Assembly (NCBI GenBank): GCA_050951805.1
Contig: JBMNJT010000002.1
Coordinates: 1,472,001 to 1,536,000 of the forward strand
DNA from: Bacillota bacterium
Lineage (GTDB): Bacteria; Bacillota; DTU025
Direction of reading: 5' to 3'
DNA: 64,000 nucleotides
Each line of letters begins with the position of its first letter. The stretch's first letter is position 1. The notes beneath the pieces are model-generated. The model was not told the DNA's origin. It ran no database searches and saw only the letters and a program-made list of their open reading frames with translations. Shown here one piece after another: positions 40,656 to 50,796 of this stretch. Position numbers and translations under genes: made by a program.

Positions 40656-41558
40656 TCATACCAACTGCGCAAGACCCCTTATCCTCCTTCGTCTTATGCC
40701 GCGGCGGATTGCAGGCAACGCTTCAACAGCGGCTCGCCGCCCGGCTTCTATGCATTCGGGTATCCGGGCCACATCTGTCAGAGCAACGTTGTAAAGGCGA
40801 GGCTTCACAACAACATCTGCATAGTGGAACAACACATAATCTGACACCTCCTCACCGAGGATGTCGAGGGACTGTGTTATTATGGACGGGAGGTCTCCAA
40901 CCTTCGAATCGGCCTGGCCTGTATATCCAAGATCCACGGCGATTACGTAATCACATCCTAGTTCCTTGAGAACCCTTGCCGGAACAGGCTCGCGAACCCC
41001 ACCGTCGACCAGATACCTGCCGTCCCATTCCTTCCAAAAAAATACCCCCGGTATGCTGCAGGAGGCCCGAACAGCATCGGCTACGTGCCCATCTACATAT
41101 ACTGTTCCCTTGAAGCACTCGCTTCTTACTGCTTCCGACGTGAACACTATCTTTTCGCCACTGTGCAAATCGACCGATACAACAGCACACGGCATTTTCA
41201 TGTCGGTCATCTTCATGTCGCCGAAATTTGCCTTCAAGAATGATTCGAGACGGGCGCCCCGGAGCATCCCCTTAGGAAGTCTGCTCTTTTGGCCGCAGAA
41301 CAAAAGGGCAAGAGGCACAGCAAGGTAGAATAGCGTGGTCCCAGGGGAATCGATTATGTCTCTTGCCTGGACACCTAAAGCTATCTCCTCCATCTCTGCC
41401 ACGCTCATGCCAGCCCCGCACATGGCAGCGATCAGGCTGCCAGAACTCGTTCCTGCAACCATGTGGGGACATATCCCTGCCCTCTCCAGTTCATCGATGA
41501 CCCCGATGTGCGCCGCGCCCCTCAGTCCGCCCGAACCAAGCGCAAGACCGATTCTCAC
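40656..41558 (-). CDS. Patatin-like phospholipase
   Basis: GSGGLRG, GTSSG and DGG motifs. Confidence 0.92.
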   Translation of the reverse strand: MRIGLALGSGGLRGAAHIGVIDELERAGICPHMVAGTSSGSLIAAMCGAGMSVAEMEEIALGVQARDIIDSPGTTLFYLAVPLALLFCGQKSRLPKGMLRGARLESFLKANFGDMKMTDMKMPCAVVSVDLHSGEKIVFTSEAVRSECFKGTVYVDGHVADAVRASCSIPGVFFWKEWDGRYLVDGGVREPVPARVLKELGCDYVIAVDLGYTGQADSKVGDLPSIITQSLDILGEEVSDYVLFHYADVVVKPRLYNVALTDVARIPECIEAGRRAAVEALPAIRRGIRRRRIRGLAQLV

Positions 41559-41904
41559 TTGTCACCACTCCTTACAGACACGCATTGGCAATTACGGTAG
41601 CTCTACATACTACGATATGCAACACGCCGTCTACGAGGAAATGGACGCCGGTTCCGGATTGAACCTCGGGGGTCGTCATCCCCAAGGCCAAAAGGGAAAG
41701 GCAGCTTGCAGATCCCGCCATGGTGGCTTCTGAAAGAGATGGGGCTTTCGGACCAATGGGTAGTCCCAATTTCCATAGAGCTTGCCGCACAGGCCGTCAA
41801 GTCATCGTTATCATTGATTGGCTGCAAGGCTCTGCACACCCTATGGAAATTGAATGGCTCGTGTGCAAAACATGGAGGCGAAAAGAATGGAGTACATAAA
41901 AAAA

Positions 41905-41989
41905 TGGTGCCCGGGACGAGACTTGAACTCGTACGGTGTGAACCACACGCCCCTCAAACGTGCGCGTCTGCCAGTTCCGCCACCCGGGC
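41905..41989 (-). tRNA. tRNA-Leu(GAG)
   Basis: GCCCGGGTGGCGGAACTGGCAGACGCGCACGTTTGAGGGGCGTG...GTTCAAGTCTCGTCCCGGGCACCA; 85 nt; long variable arm. Confidence 0.95.
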
Positions 41990-42026
41990 ACTCAATCTAT
42001 TCTGCTGTTTTCAATGTCCATCACAG

Positions 42027-42055
42027 ATTATACGATCACAAAGGCCTCATGTCAA
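42027..42055 (-). promoter_or_regulatory. Consensus sigma-A promoter of tRNA-Leu
   Basis: TTGACA-17nt-TATAAT. Confidence 0.88.
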
Positions 42056-42292
42056 TAGCCGAACGCATGTAGCTGCCAGGCCGCAGCCTCCAAGCAAGTC
42101 ATGATCATTCTTACACACCATCTCTGAGCTAAAACCACGTCGGGCCGAGCCCCAGCTGCCCGAGAACACTCGATTGCCTTTCAGAAGCCGATTTAATTGA
42201 CTAACCCTTTAACACTTCTGTAATATCCCACTACTGATCCATCCAGACGAGGTAAAGCTCAGGCTGCAACTGAGCACACGCCCCTTCCCGGA

Positions 42293-43336
42293 CTACATCA
42301 CCTGTACGAGCTTGGGATTGTCGATTGGTCCGGGTATTCTTCCGCGCTTGGCCACGGGTTTGCCTTCGACTTCCTTTATGTCCATGGTCATGTCGATTGG
42401 AGACGCTCCTGAGATGTAGCTTCCTATTCCAAACGAGTCGGCGCCCGCCTCCACCAAAGCCGGAATGCGTTCAGGAGTGACACCGCCTGAGACAAATATC
42501 TTCACGTGTTCGAAACCTGCCTGGTCCAACCTGGCCCTAATCTCGCGGACAAGATCGGGAGTCACACCGCCTCGCTCTCCGGGAGTGTCAAGCCTAACGC
42601 CCTCAAGCTTGTCGTGGAGGGCTTCAGCAACTCTGAGAGATTCCTCAGCCTCGTCCTTGAATGTGTCCACGAGGATTATCCTCGCATCGCCTTCAGGCAT
42701 CTCCGCGTCATAAACCTTAGCCACTTCCACAGTATCGCCGGCAATGAGAAAGACAGCATGAGGTACTGTGCCTTTAGGCTCCTGTCCTGCAAGCTTTGCC
42801 CCTAGAATGCAAGAGGCGCCATCCGCTCCCCCGACAATGGCCGCCCGTTCCATAACTGGCGCCACTGCAGGGTGGACATGGCGAGCCCCAAAACAGATGA
42901 AAGGCTTGGCACCGACGGCAAGACGCAGTTCATGGGCTGCCGTAGCCCACGCGCAAGAGCTTGCCAAGATTCCCAGCAAGCAGGTCTCATAAACTCCGAA
43001 TTCCGCGTATTTCCCGTGTATCCTCATGATTGTATCCTTGGGTTCGAAGCTTTCTCCCTCAGGGATCGCCCATACCTCGACATCTGCATTTTCCAGCAGT
43101 CCGAGGCATTCCGGCAGACCTGCCAGTATACCCCGCTTTCGCGGAAAGATTTCTGCAGTGACTCGCTTTTCCGAAAGGCCCATTGAATCCAATATCTGTC
43201 TGGTCTTTACAAAATAAAGATCCGTTGTGTATCCCTGAACGATCTCGTCATGAGTCGCTGAGAATAGGCGCCTGCCTGGATCTACAGCAAACTCCTTAAT
43301 CTGCGCCAGATTTGACACCTTGCCTGCAGTGTGCAT
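42293..43336 (-). CDS. pncB: Nicotinate phosphoribosyltransferase (archaeal-like short type)
   Basis: TDLYF, FGARHVHP, GTVPHA, LVDTF, VRLDT, VSGG and AKRG motifs. Confidence 0.85.
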   Translation of the reverse strand: MHTAGKVSNLAQIKEFAVDPGRRLFSATHDEIVQGYTTDLYFVKTRQILDSMGLSEKRVTAEIFPRKRGILAGLPECLGLLENADVEVWAIPEGESFEPKDTIMRIHGKYAEFGVYETCLLGILASSCAWATAAHELRLAVGAKPFICFGARHVHPAVAPVMERAAIVGGADGASCILGAKLAGQEPKGTVPHAVFLIAGDTVEVAKVYDAEMPEGDARIILVDTFKDEAEESLRVAEALHDKLEGVRLDTPGERGGVTPDLVREIRARLDQAGFEHVKIFVSGGVTPERIPALVEAGADSFGIGSYISGASPIDMTMDIKEVEGKPVAKRGRIPGPIDNPKLVQVM

Positions 43337-43407
43337 TGACGTAAGTACCCCCCGGATAACATCCATATTGCACTAATTATAGCATACCTTGAGCCTCAAA
43401 CACATTT

Positions 43408-44013
43408 CTAGTCAGCATTTATCTGTCCTACCTTCCCAGGCCATTGAGAGCGATAGGCTCTATGGTAGATTCTGTGCATGTTGAGCACACGCCGAACGTA
43501 GCGAGCCGTCTCAGGATAGGGAATATCCCCCAAGTCCTCGATCCGTCCCGACCAAGTTCCCTCAGAGAGCCAGCGCTCGACGTTTGAAGGACCTCCGTTG
43601 TAGGCTGCGAGGGCAAGCACCGTCTCATCACGGAAACATTTCAATAGATGCCTGTAGTACCAGGCGCCTATCATGATGTTCGTTTCCGGGTCAAAAAGGA
43701 GATCCTGCGAGTAATCGGCAAGCCCTAACTGCCTTGCAGCCCACTCCGCTGTTTCAGGCATAATCTGCATAAGGCCGCAGGCGCCCTTAGATGACCTCGC
43801 ATCCCGCCGGTAACCGCTCTCCACCCTTATTATCGACGCAACAAGAAACGGATCAATCCCGTTTGCCGTAGCATAGACAGTTATGTATTCGACATAGTCC
43901 AACGGGTTGATCAGCTGCAACACGCGGGGAGACTGCGCGGCAAAGGAGATCAACATGCCAATGAGCGCCAAGACAACTAGTGCCCGCCCCAGTCTTCTTA
44001 GGCCATCTATCAT
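43408..44013 (-). CDS. Lytic transglycosylase (SLT domain)
   Basis: IRVES, GACGLMQIMPET, AAYNGG and ETARYV motifs. Confidence 0.92.
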   Translation of the reverse strand: MIDGLRRLGRALVVLALIGMLISFAAQSPRVLQLINPLDYVEYITVYATANGIDPFLVASIIRVESGYRRDARSSKGACGLMQIMPETAEWAARQLGLADYSQDLLFDPETNIMIGAWYYRHLLKCFRDETVLALAAYNGGPSNVERWLSEGTWSGRIEDLGDIPYPETARYVRRVLNMHRIYHRAYRSQWPGKVGQINAD

Positions 44014-44043
44014 AGAACCAACTCCGGTCTTAACCCATATGCC

Positions 44044-44667
44044 CTAACTGCTTCGAGCATTCCCAGCATCGCCCACCAGGATGTTCCACAACTCGTCCAC
44101 CTGCCGGACCGTATCATCCAGCGGGCAATCGGTCCTTATCACACAATCCGCCCGTGCAACCATCTGCTCTACAGGTTGTTGGGCATTGACTCGGCAAAGC
44201 GCATCTTCATAGGAGATCCCATCGCGGGCAGCGATCCTCTCAGCCTGCAGCTCGGGATTGGCCACTGTGACTACAATTGCGTCTACGAGCGAATCAAGGC
44301 CCGATTCGATCAGCACTGCCGCATCAATCACCGCAACAGGCGGCGGAGAATGACTCTCTTCCAGTTGCTGCAGCCATTCCTGGGCTTTCAGGACCAGTTC
44401 AGGATGGGTGATGCTGTTCAATAGCTTCAAGGCGCCGGGATCGGCAAATACTACGCGTCCCAGCTTTCGCCTGTTAAGCGTCCCGTCCGGCAGCAAAAAC
44501 TCGTCGCCGAAGGCGTCCCTTATTCCGATCAGCGCCGTGCTGCCGGGTGCCACAATCTCGCGGGCCACAAGATCCATGTCGAGGCAGGCCGCGCCTCGCT
44601 CCGCCAGCATGGCGGCTATGGTAGTCTTCCCGGTCCCACTTTGCCCTGTAAGCCCAAGAACTATCAT
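44044..44667 (-). CDS. coaE: Dephospho-CoA kinase
   Basis: GLTGQSGTGKTT, LNRRKLG...F and LNSITHP motifs. Confidence 0.93.
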   Translation of the reverse strand: MIVLGLTGQSGTGKTTIAAMLAERGAACLDMDLVAREIVAPGSTALIGIRDAFGDEFLLPDGTLNRRKLGRVVFADPGALKLLNSITHPELVLKAQEWLQQLEESHSPPPVAVIDAAVLIESGLDSLVDAIVVTVANPELQAERIAARDGISYEDALCRVNAQQPVEQMVARADCVIRTDCPLDDTVRQVDELWNILVGDAGNARSS

Positions 44668-44737
44668 ATCTCCAATCCTCCAACCTCGCCAGCCTTCGAA
44701 GATCTATTCATCGAACATCGTCCAGTTCCTCCACACA

Positions 44738-45379
44738 TCAAAAGACATTTCGTAGCGCGGCAATTCCCATCAGAAAAAGGACTGCCCCTGGCGCAATTCG
44801 AATCCACAGTCCTCCCCATCTTTCCGGCGTCTTACCGCCAACAGCGGTTCCCAGGCGAAAGCACAGACACGTGAGAACGCCCACGGCAAGCCCAACAAAG
44901 AACCAGTCGGCCCCGGCCAATCCCGCTCCAAGACCTGTCCCAAGGCTGTCGAGGGCCAGCGCAGCACCGAGCAAATATGCTTCTGCCGTCGAAATTGTGC
45001 CCGACCGATCGATATCCGCAGCTTCAGGATCACGCATTATCTGAACTACAAGCCCCAACGGTTTCAGTCTAACCGAAACCGACCCCTCACAGAGAAGCGG
45101 CCTCTCGCGGACCCACCCGCCAATGCCTTCCAGGCCCAACCACACACCCACAGCCACCAGTATAGCACCGCCCACAATCGCCGCCACGCTCGCGTCAAAT
45201 AGGGCCCCAACCACCCCTCCAAGCCACGTGGAAACCGCCACTGCAGTGGCGGACATCGCTCCCACCACGTATATGACACGCCACGGAGCGTGTATTCTCC
45301 GAAAGCCGTAGACGAGTCCCGCTCCAAAAGCATCAACGCTTATCGCGGCCGAAATCAACATTGCCTCGGCAAACTTCAT
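44738..45379 (-). CDS. ytaF: Sporulation membrane protein YtaF (MntP family)
   Basis: AISVDAFGAG and DPEAADIDRSGTIS...EA...LALD motifs; polA...ytaF-coaE synteny. Confidence 0.8.
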   Translation of the reverse strand: MKFAEAMLISAAISVDAFGAGLVYGFRRIHAPWRVIYVVGAMSATAVAVSTWLGGVVGALFDASVAAIVGGAILVAVGVWLGLEGIGGWVRERPLLCEGSVSVRLKPLGLVVQIMRDPEAADIDRSGTISTAEAYLLGAALALDSLGTGLGAGLAGADWFFVGLAVGVLTCLCFRLGTAVGGKTPERWGGLWIRIAPGAVLFLMGIAALRNVF

Positions 45380-45459
45380 CTCAAAAACCCACCGTCCTTA
45401 GGTCAAACACTGCCCGCCCCGTTTCTATGGGGCCAGAGTCAGTATACGGTGAGGAGATG

Positions 45460-45490
45460 AAAAAGGACCCCCGGGGATTCCGGAGGTCCC
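45460..45490 (-). terminator. Rho-independent terminator
   Basis: GGACCTCCGG...CCGGGGGTCC followed by a T run on the minus strand. Confidence 0.7.
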
Positions 45491-45505
45491 AGAGTTGCCG
45501 CTATA

Positions 45506-48310
45506 CTAGAATGGCACCCGAACGTTCATCGTGATCAGCTGCCAGTCCATGTAGTTCGCCGGGTAGTTTCTCAGATAGGCCCAGGGTTTTCCGGCATGGA
45601 ACCCGGTTGTGTCAGCCTCTCTTCGGCCGTCCATTCCGTAGCTGAACGTTACCGTGCTCTGCCCAAGGGTCCCTGAGGCAGAAGCTTTGAACCAGTTCCT
45701 TCCTTCATCATCAAAAGGCCTCCACATGTTCGGATCTGCAGGAGGCATCAGTCCCTTGTCGCGGAAGGTGTAAGCGAGAGAAGTGCGTATCTTCTCAGAG
45801 ACCTTCCAATTGAGATCGAGGCCCAGGGCGAGTCCGCCCTTCTCGTCTCTGGTGAGCAATCCGAACTTGGCGTAGACCGCATCGGTAATGTCGATCATTG
45901 AACCGGCAAACCCATACATCTCAGATGAAGGGTCACCATCGGATTCCTTCGCGTATGAAGACACCCCTGCCAGTTCAGACCTGGCGCTGTTCACGAAGGC
46001 CGGAGCAATCTCTGTACAATAGAGCCCGTACCCGAGCAACTCCGTCTTCGGCTCCTCCACAGTGAACTTTGCTTCAGTTTCCAAGAAGAGTCCATCGACG
46101 GGAGTCCCCTTGACGTTCAAGCCGACGATAGTATCAACCCTCTTGCCTTCATGCACAGCGTTATCCGCATAGTATCCCGTCTTGTAGTCAACGAAAGGCT
46201 TGAAGTCGACACCAAAGTTGCCGTAAACCACATCGGCATGGGCATTGTATCCAGTGTAATCGACGTCACCATCACATAGGTCGGATCTGTAAGCACCCGA
46301 AACAGTCAATTTCAGGTCCTCGATAGGATCCACGATAACCTTGGCAGTGGTTTCGTTCCACACCGGGTCATGGTCAGCCTGGTTCATCCAGAGAGTGTTT
46401 CCCATGACCAGATCTGTTTGCACAACCGCGGGAAGTTCTATCTCGGCTCGCACTTCCGCAGCTGCAGAGTCTTTGTAGGCGTTGAGAAGAGCTGTATCGT
46501 TGCTGCTGGCATATGCCGATTTGAAGCCCTCGCCAACCTCAGTATACTTGGCGGAAAAGCTTGCGGGTCCGGCCTTCATGTTGCCGAGTTCCACAAGGTA
46601 TGCCCAGTTGTTCTCCTCTCCTTCGAACCACTTTGCCCCATCCTTTTCCCAATAGCCGGCACCGGCAAGCGTCAGGTCAGCCCCAAGCCCCGGAACCTTT
46701 CCGGCGAGGTCGACACCGAAAGTCAGGTCGGCCGGAACTTCCTCGCCCCGTCCATCGGTATAGGCTCCGACGATACCAAACTCGAAATTTTGAGGCAGAC
46801 CATATGTGACTCTGCCTAAAAATGCGTTGCCGCCTGAAAGCCCTGCAGCGTACAGGTTCGCCTTCGCGCCGGCCACCTCTCCCCTAGCATTCAAGACAAT
46901 CCCGCTTCCGAGGGATTCGGCAATGCCAAGGGGGTCACCCAAGGACGCAAACCTTTTCACGTTATTCCGGTCATTGTTACTCACCCAAAAAGCAAACGGA
47001 CTTGCAGGATACGCAAAATACCAGTTGCCGATGCCAACCTTCGGGGAATTCTCATTCATGGTGATCATCAGAGGCAAGTAGGCAACTGTGGAGGATCCCT
47101 GATTGAAAGTGACGTTCAATGTCAAACGCGCGTAGTTTTCCTGCGCCGGACGGCTCTCGAACGGGGGGATTATGTAGAATTTCTCCTTGAGCGGAATCTT
47201 CACATGCGATTCGTTTTCGTGAAACCAAGAAAAATAGAGAATGTACTCTCCATCAGGATCAAGTTTGCTCATCTGCTCACTCAGCACATAACTTATGCGG
47301 TTCCAGCCGGGCACAACCTCGGCGGCCGTGAACGTTCCGTCCACCCACTCCCAACCATCGGTGACGTCCGCCATGCCGAGGAAGAATCCGTTCGGTACCA
47401 GCTCGTTTCCTTCCGGCATATAGAGGTCTATAACGAGCTTGTCCTTCCCGATCCACTCCGCAAGTGCATCTCCCGCAAGACCCAGGGCAAGCTTGGTCTC
47501 AGGCGCACTTCCGCTGGGAATGATCGCCACAGCACATTTGCCGTCAAGGGTCACATCAGGCGCCAATTCGAAAACGGCCCCTGTACCGTCATTTTCATAC
47601 CCCACAAGCTCACGCTCGTACTCAACTGTCCACGCGGCCGCAAACTCGCCGTCAACGGCCACAGGGGGCAATGACAGCGATTCGAAGGTGCCAAGCCCGA
47701 CTGCATCCACGTAGAACGTCTCTGCCAGTGGAACCTTCTGCTTGTCCATATCTGTCCTGAAGAACGAGAAATACAGCTTATACTTTCCGTTCTCCTTGAC
47801 GTTCTTCATACCATCAGAGAGCACGTAGATTATCTCGTTCCATCCTGGCGAAACATCTGCCTCAGCAAAAACTCCATCGACCCACTCCCACCCCTTAGAA
47901 AGGTCTGCCATGCCTAGGAAAAAGGAGTTTGGAACGACTTTCATCGTAGCCGGTATGTAAACTTGAACGCTGACTACATCATGCTTGTTCCAGTCGACTA
48001 GATCTTTCCCAGAAAGCTCGACCCCGATCTTCGTCTCAGGAGCACTTCCGCTAGGGGTTATCGCCAGAGCTCCCTTTCCATCGCTTGCAACCTCGTGCGT
48101 CAGCGCCAGCTTCGCACCGGTGTTATCGTTGTCGAACTTCGCGACCTCTTCGGCAGTCTCCATGCTAAACAGAGAAACTCGCCCATTGTCAGCTCCCAAA
48201 GCTATGGCGTTCAACGAAAACACAACCACAACTGCGAAGGTCAACACGCAAAAGGATAAGTCTTTCCCAGTTTTCCTTACCTTCTCCATTTCGGACGCCT
48301 CCCTTTTCAT
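45506..48310 (-). CDS. Exported protein: two tandem ~180-aa beta-sandwich-like repeats fused to a porin-like C-terminal region
   Basis: Signal peptide; internal repeat (ITPSGSAPETK / IIPSGSAPETK; FFLGMAD...WEWVDG...PGWN); C-terminal part paralogous to 48545-50314; ends in Phe. Confidence 0.6.
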   Translation of the reverse strand: MKREASEMEKVRKTGKDLSFCVLTFAVVVVFSLNAIALGADNGRVSLFSMETAEEVAKFDNDNTGAKLALTHEVASDGKGALAITPSGSAPETKIGVELSGKDLVDWNKHDVVSVQVYIPATMKVVPNSFFLGMADLSKGWEWVDGVFAEADVSPGWNEIIYVLSDGMKNVKENGKYKLYFSFFRTDMDKQKVPLAETFYVDAVGLGTFESLSLPPVAVDGEFAAAWTVEYERELVGYENDGTGAVFELAPDVTLDGKCAVAIIPSGSAPETKLALGLAGDALAEWIGKDKLVIDLYMPEGNELVPNGFFLGMADVTDGWEWVDGTFTAAEVVPGWNRISYVLSEQMSKLDPDGEYILYFSWFHENESHVKIPLKEKFYIIPPFESRPAQENYARLTLNVTFNQGSSTVAYLPLMITMNENSPKVGIGNWYFAYPASPFAFWVSNNDRNNVKRFASLGDPLGIAESLGSGIVLNARGEVAGAKANLYAAGLSGGNAFLGRVTYGLPQNFEFGIVGAYTDGRGEEVPADLTFGVDLAGKVPGLGADLTLAGAGYWEKDGAKWFEGEENNWAYLVELGNMKAGPASFSAKYTEVGEGFKSAYASSNDTALLNAYKDSAAAEVRAEIELPAVVQTDLVMGNTLWMNQADHDPVWNETTAKVIVDPIEDLKLTVSGAYRSDLCDGDVDYTGYNAHADVVYGNFGVDFKPFVDYKTGYYADNAVHEGKRVDTIVGLNVKGTPVDGLFLETEAKFTVEEPKTELLGYGLYCTEIAPAFVNSARSELAGVSSYAKESDGDPSSEMYGFAGSMIDITDAVYAKFGLLTRDEKGGLALGLDLNWKVSEKIRTSLAYTFRDKGLMPPADPNMWRPFDDEGRNWFKASASGTLGQSTVTFSYGMDGRREADTTGFHAGKPWAYLRNYPANYMDWQLITMNVRVPF

Positions 48311-48351
48311 ATGACGGTTTTACACTGCCACATATGCCCTGCAGACGCGGC

Positions 48352-48460
48352 CTTAATCGGTTAAGCTGGAGGCGGAAAATGAGGCAGGCCTGAGAGCCCA
48401 CCGCCATGACGCAACTTAACCGATTAAGTATAACTTAGCACGTATTCCACGGAATGTCAA
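48352..48460 (-). promoter_or_regulatory. Sigma-A promoter with two LacI-type operators
   Basis: TTGACA-17nt-TAAGTT with extended TG (48432-48460); CTTAATCGGTTAAG (48352-48365) and its reverse complement CTTAACCGATTAAG (48415-48428). Confidence 0.65.
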
Positions 48461-48494
48461 TAGCCACCCTCGCAAGCCGCATTGCCGGGCATAC

Positions 48495-48526
48495 AAAAAG
48501 GACCCCCGGATGATTCCAGGGGCCCT
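48495..48526 (-). terminator. Rho-independent terminator (paralogous to the one at 45460-45490)
   Basis: GGGCCCCTGG...CCGGGGGTCC followed by a T run. Confidence 0.7.
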
Positions 48527-48544
48527 TGTGGTAGCTAGTTAGCC

Positions 48545-50314
48545 TTAGAACGGCACGTTCACCGAGAGGGTGAGTAGCTGCCAGTTCATGGCCGCGCCAG
48601 GATGGTTCCTCAGGTATGCCCAAGGCTTACCCGCGTGGAACCCGCTGGTATCAGCCCTCTTCAGGCCGTCAACGCCGTAGGCGATGCTGATCGTGCTCTC
48701 GCCCACTGTACCGGTGACGCTGGCCTTCAGATAGTTCCTGCCACCATCATCAAACGGCGCCCAGGCACCCTCGCCGCGAGCGACGCCTTCCTGACGGAAG
48801 GTATAGGTCAAGCCAGTGCTTATGCTATCGCTGGCGTTGTATGTCAGTGCTGCGCTAGCAACCGCTTTGCCCTTGGTATCCTTGCTCAGCACGCCGAGCG
48901 TGGCATCAAAGGCATCGGTGATCTTGAGAGTGGTTCCGGCATAGCCGTAGAAATCGGTCGTCGCCTCTTGCACGGCTTCCTTCTTATACTCTGCCACAGC
49001 TGCAACCTGCGAGTTCGCTGTCTTGACGAAGCCAGGGTTGAGGTCAGTGGTGTAGATGCCGTATCCGAACAGGTCGGTTACAGGCTTCTCAATCATGTAG
49101 CTTGCATTCGCCCCAACCTTGAGTCCCTCAACGGGCTTGCCATCGATATCAATGCCCACCACGGTAACCTTGTCGACTTCGTAATCGCTTGCCATTCCAT
49201 ACGAGTTCGCCAGGTAATCGACGTAAGGGTTGAGTTTGACATTCATCACGTCATAGGAGACATCGGCATGGACTTTGTATCCGTCGTAGGCGGTGTCCAC
49301 GTCGTCGTCGAGGTCGGCCTTGTATGCACCGGAAACGGTAGCAGCCATGTCCGCGAGCGGCTCCACAACCACTTTGGCAGTGGTTTCGTTCCACTTCGGA
49401 TCTGCGCTGTAACTCATCCATAGCGTGTCGCCGAGGGTGAGCTTCACAGGGATACCCACCGGAATGCCGACGGTAACTCCGGCTTCAGCGGCAGCGGCGC
49501 CCTTGTAGTCGTTCAGGAGCTTTCCGGCCTTCATATCGGCGTAGCGCGATGTGAAGCCTCCGCCAACCGCGGTGTACTGCATCCAAGCATCCTCGAGCTG
49601 GCCAATGGCTATGTCGCTGAGCTTGATCTGGTATGCATAGTTGTCCTCAGGACCCTCGAACTCCCAAGCGCCTTCCTTGGCCCAGTAACCAGCGCCAGCA
49701 ATGCTAAGAGTGGCGTCGATTCCTGGGATCTTTCCGGCTACGTCAGCGCCAAAGGTCAGATCGTTCTTGTCCTCATCGACAACGGTATACGCGCCAACCA
49801 GGCCGAGCTTGAACTCTGCCGGGAGGCCATAGGTGACTCTGCCCATATAGGCCTCATTCCCGTCCGTAAGGCCAGCGGCGTACAGATTGACATCTGCGCC
49901 GAGCGCCTTGCCCTTGGCATTAAGAACAACACCGCCGCCAAGCTTCGCGCCGATTCCCAGCGGATCGCCGAGAGCTGCGAACTTCTTATCATTGTTCGAG
50001 TTGTTGTTGCTTACCCAGAACGAGAACGGAGTGGCACCATATGAGAAATACCAATTGCCCAAAGCCACTTCCGGGCTTCCCACAAACGGCTCTATGGTCA
50101 GCGGAAGGTATGCTACTATCGACTCGCCCTCTGTGAAGGTGAGCTTGAGATCGAGGCTGCTGGCATCGCCCAAATTCGTGGGATCCCATATTCCGGCATC
50201 GTAGGTCCAGCCAGCGTTATATTCTCCGCCCAGCGTCAGCTTTGATGCGGAGGCCGGGATCGCCATTGCCGCCACTAAAAGTGCGGCAACGATGATTGTA
50301 AGATTCTTCTTCAA
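48545..50314 (-). CDS. Putative outer-membrane beta-barrel (porin-like) protein
   Basis: Sec signal (A-S-A), alternating amphipathic strands, Tyr/Gly/Asp-rich, C-terminal LTLSVNVPF. Confidence 0.6.
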   Translation of the reverse strand: MKKNLTIIVAALLVAAMAIPASASKLTLGGEYNAGWTYDAGIWDPTNLGDASSLDLKLTFTEGESIVAYLPLTIEPFVGSPEVALGNWYFSYGATPFSFWVSNNNSNNDKKFAALGDPLGIGAKLGGGVVLNAKGKALGADVNLYAAGLTDGNEAYMGRVTYGLPAEFKLGLVGAYTVVDEDKNDLTFGADVAGKIPGIDATLSIAGAGYWAKEGAWEFEGPEDNYAYQIKLSDIAIGQLEDAWMQYTAVGGGFTSRYADMKAGKLLNDYKGAAAAEAGVTVGIPVGIPVKLTLGDTLWMSYSADPKWNETTAKVVVEPLADMAATVSGAYKADLDDDVDTAYDGYKVHADVSYDVMNVKLNPYVDYLANSYGMASDYEVDKVTVVGIDIDGKPVEGLKVGANASYMIEKPVTDLFGYGIYTTDLNPGFVKTANSQVAAVAEYKKEAVQEATTDFYGYAGTTLKITDAFDATLGVLSKDTKGKAVASAALTYNASDSISTGLTYTFRQEGVARGEGAWAPFDDGGRNYLKASVTGTVGESTISIAYGVDGLKRADTSGFHAGKPWAYLRNHPGAAMNWQLLTLSVNVPF

Positions 50315-50613
50315 TTAAGCGTCCCCCTTACGGTTTTTTGTTCCACGCCTCGTCGCGGGCTTCGTGGGGGGGATCTTGGGAGTATCCATGTTTCCTCTCA
50401 ATTCCCTTCCATCCAGCATTGCTTCTCGGCGTGTTGCGGCTCTGTCGCGCTTTGCGCGGTCTGGCCGCTATAGACTCGATCCTTCAAGCAACCGGGGGTG
50501 CACCTCCTTTCCGGCTTTAAGGACCGAAAACTGTTATCCAAACCGCCACGGTTCAGAAAATAGAACCAATGGGACTCCGAGCCTAACTTGGCGTTTGGCT
50601 CGTCGACTGCTTA

Positions 50614-50640
50614 ATTCTACACTCATTCCATAAATCCTTC
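50614..50640 (-). promoter_or_regulatory. SigH-type promoter of the porin-like gene
   Basis: GAAGGATTT-11nt-GTAGAAT, a near-perfect SigH consensus. Confidence 0.65.
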
Positions 50641-50796
50641 AAGCATCGGAAGCACAGGCCGCCAATTATTCTTCGTTTAATTTCGCATCATTTCACTACA
50701 TGCTCCCATTCAAGGAGGGATAAAGCGCTTGCCAGGGGAGGAGCTATTTCAGAGCCGAGAAGCTGGCTTGTCCAGAGGAACGGGCCTAAAAAAGCG

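Noticed and set aside
41797-41991. 64-aa ORF (MPGWRNWQTR...)
   Set aside because: Shadow of the tRNA-Leu gene
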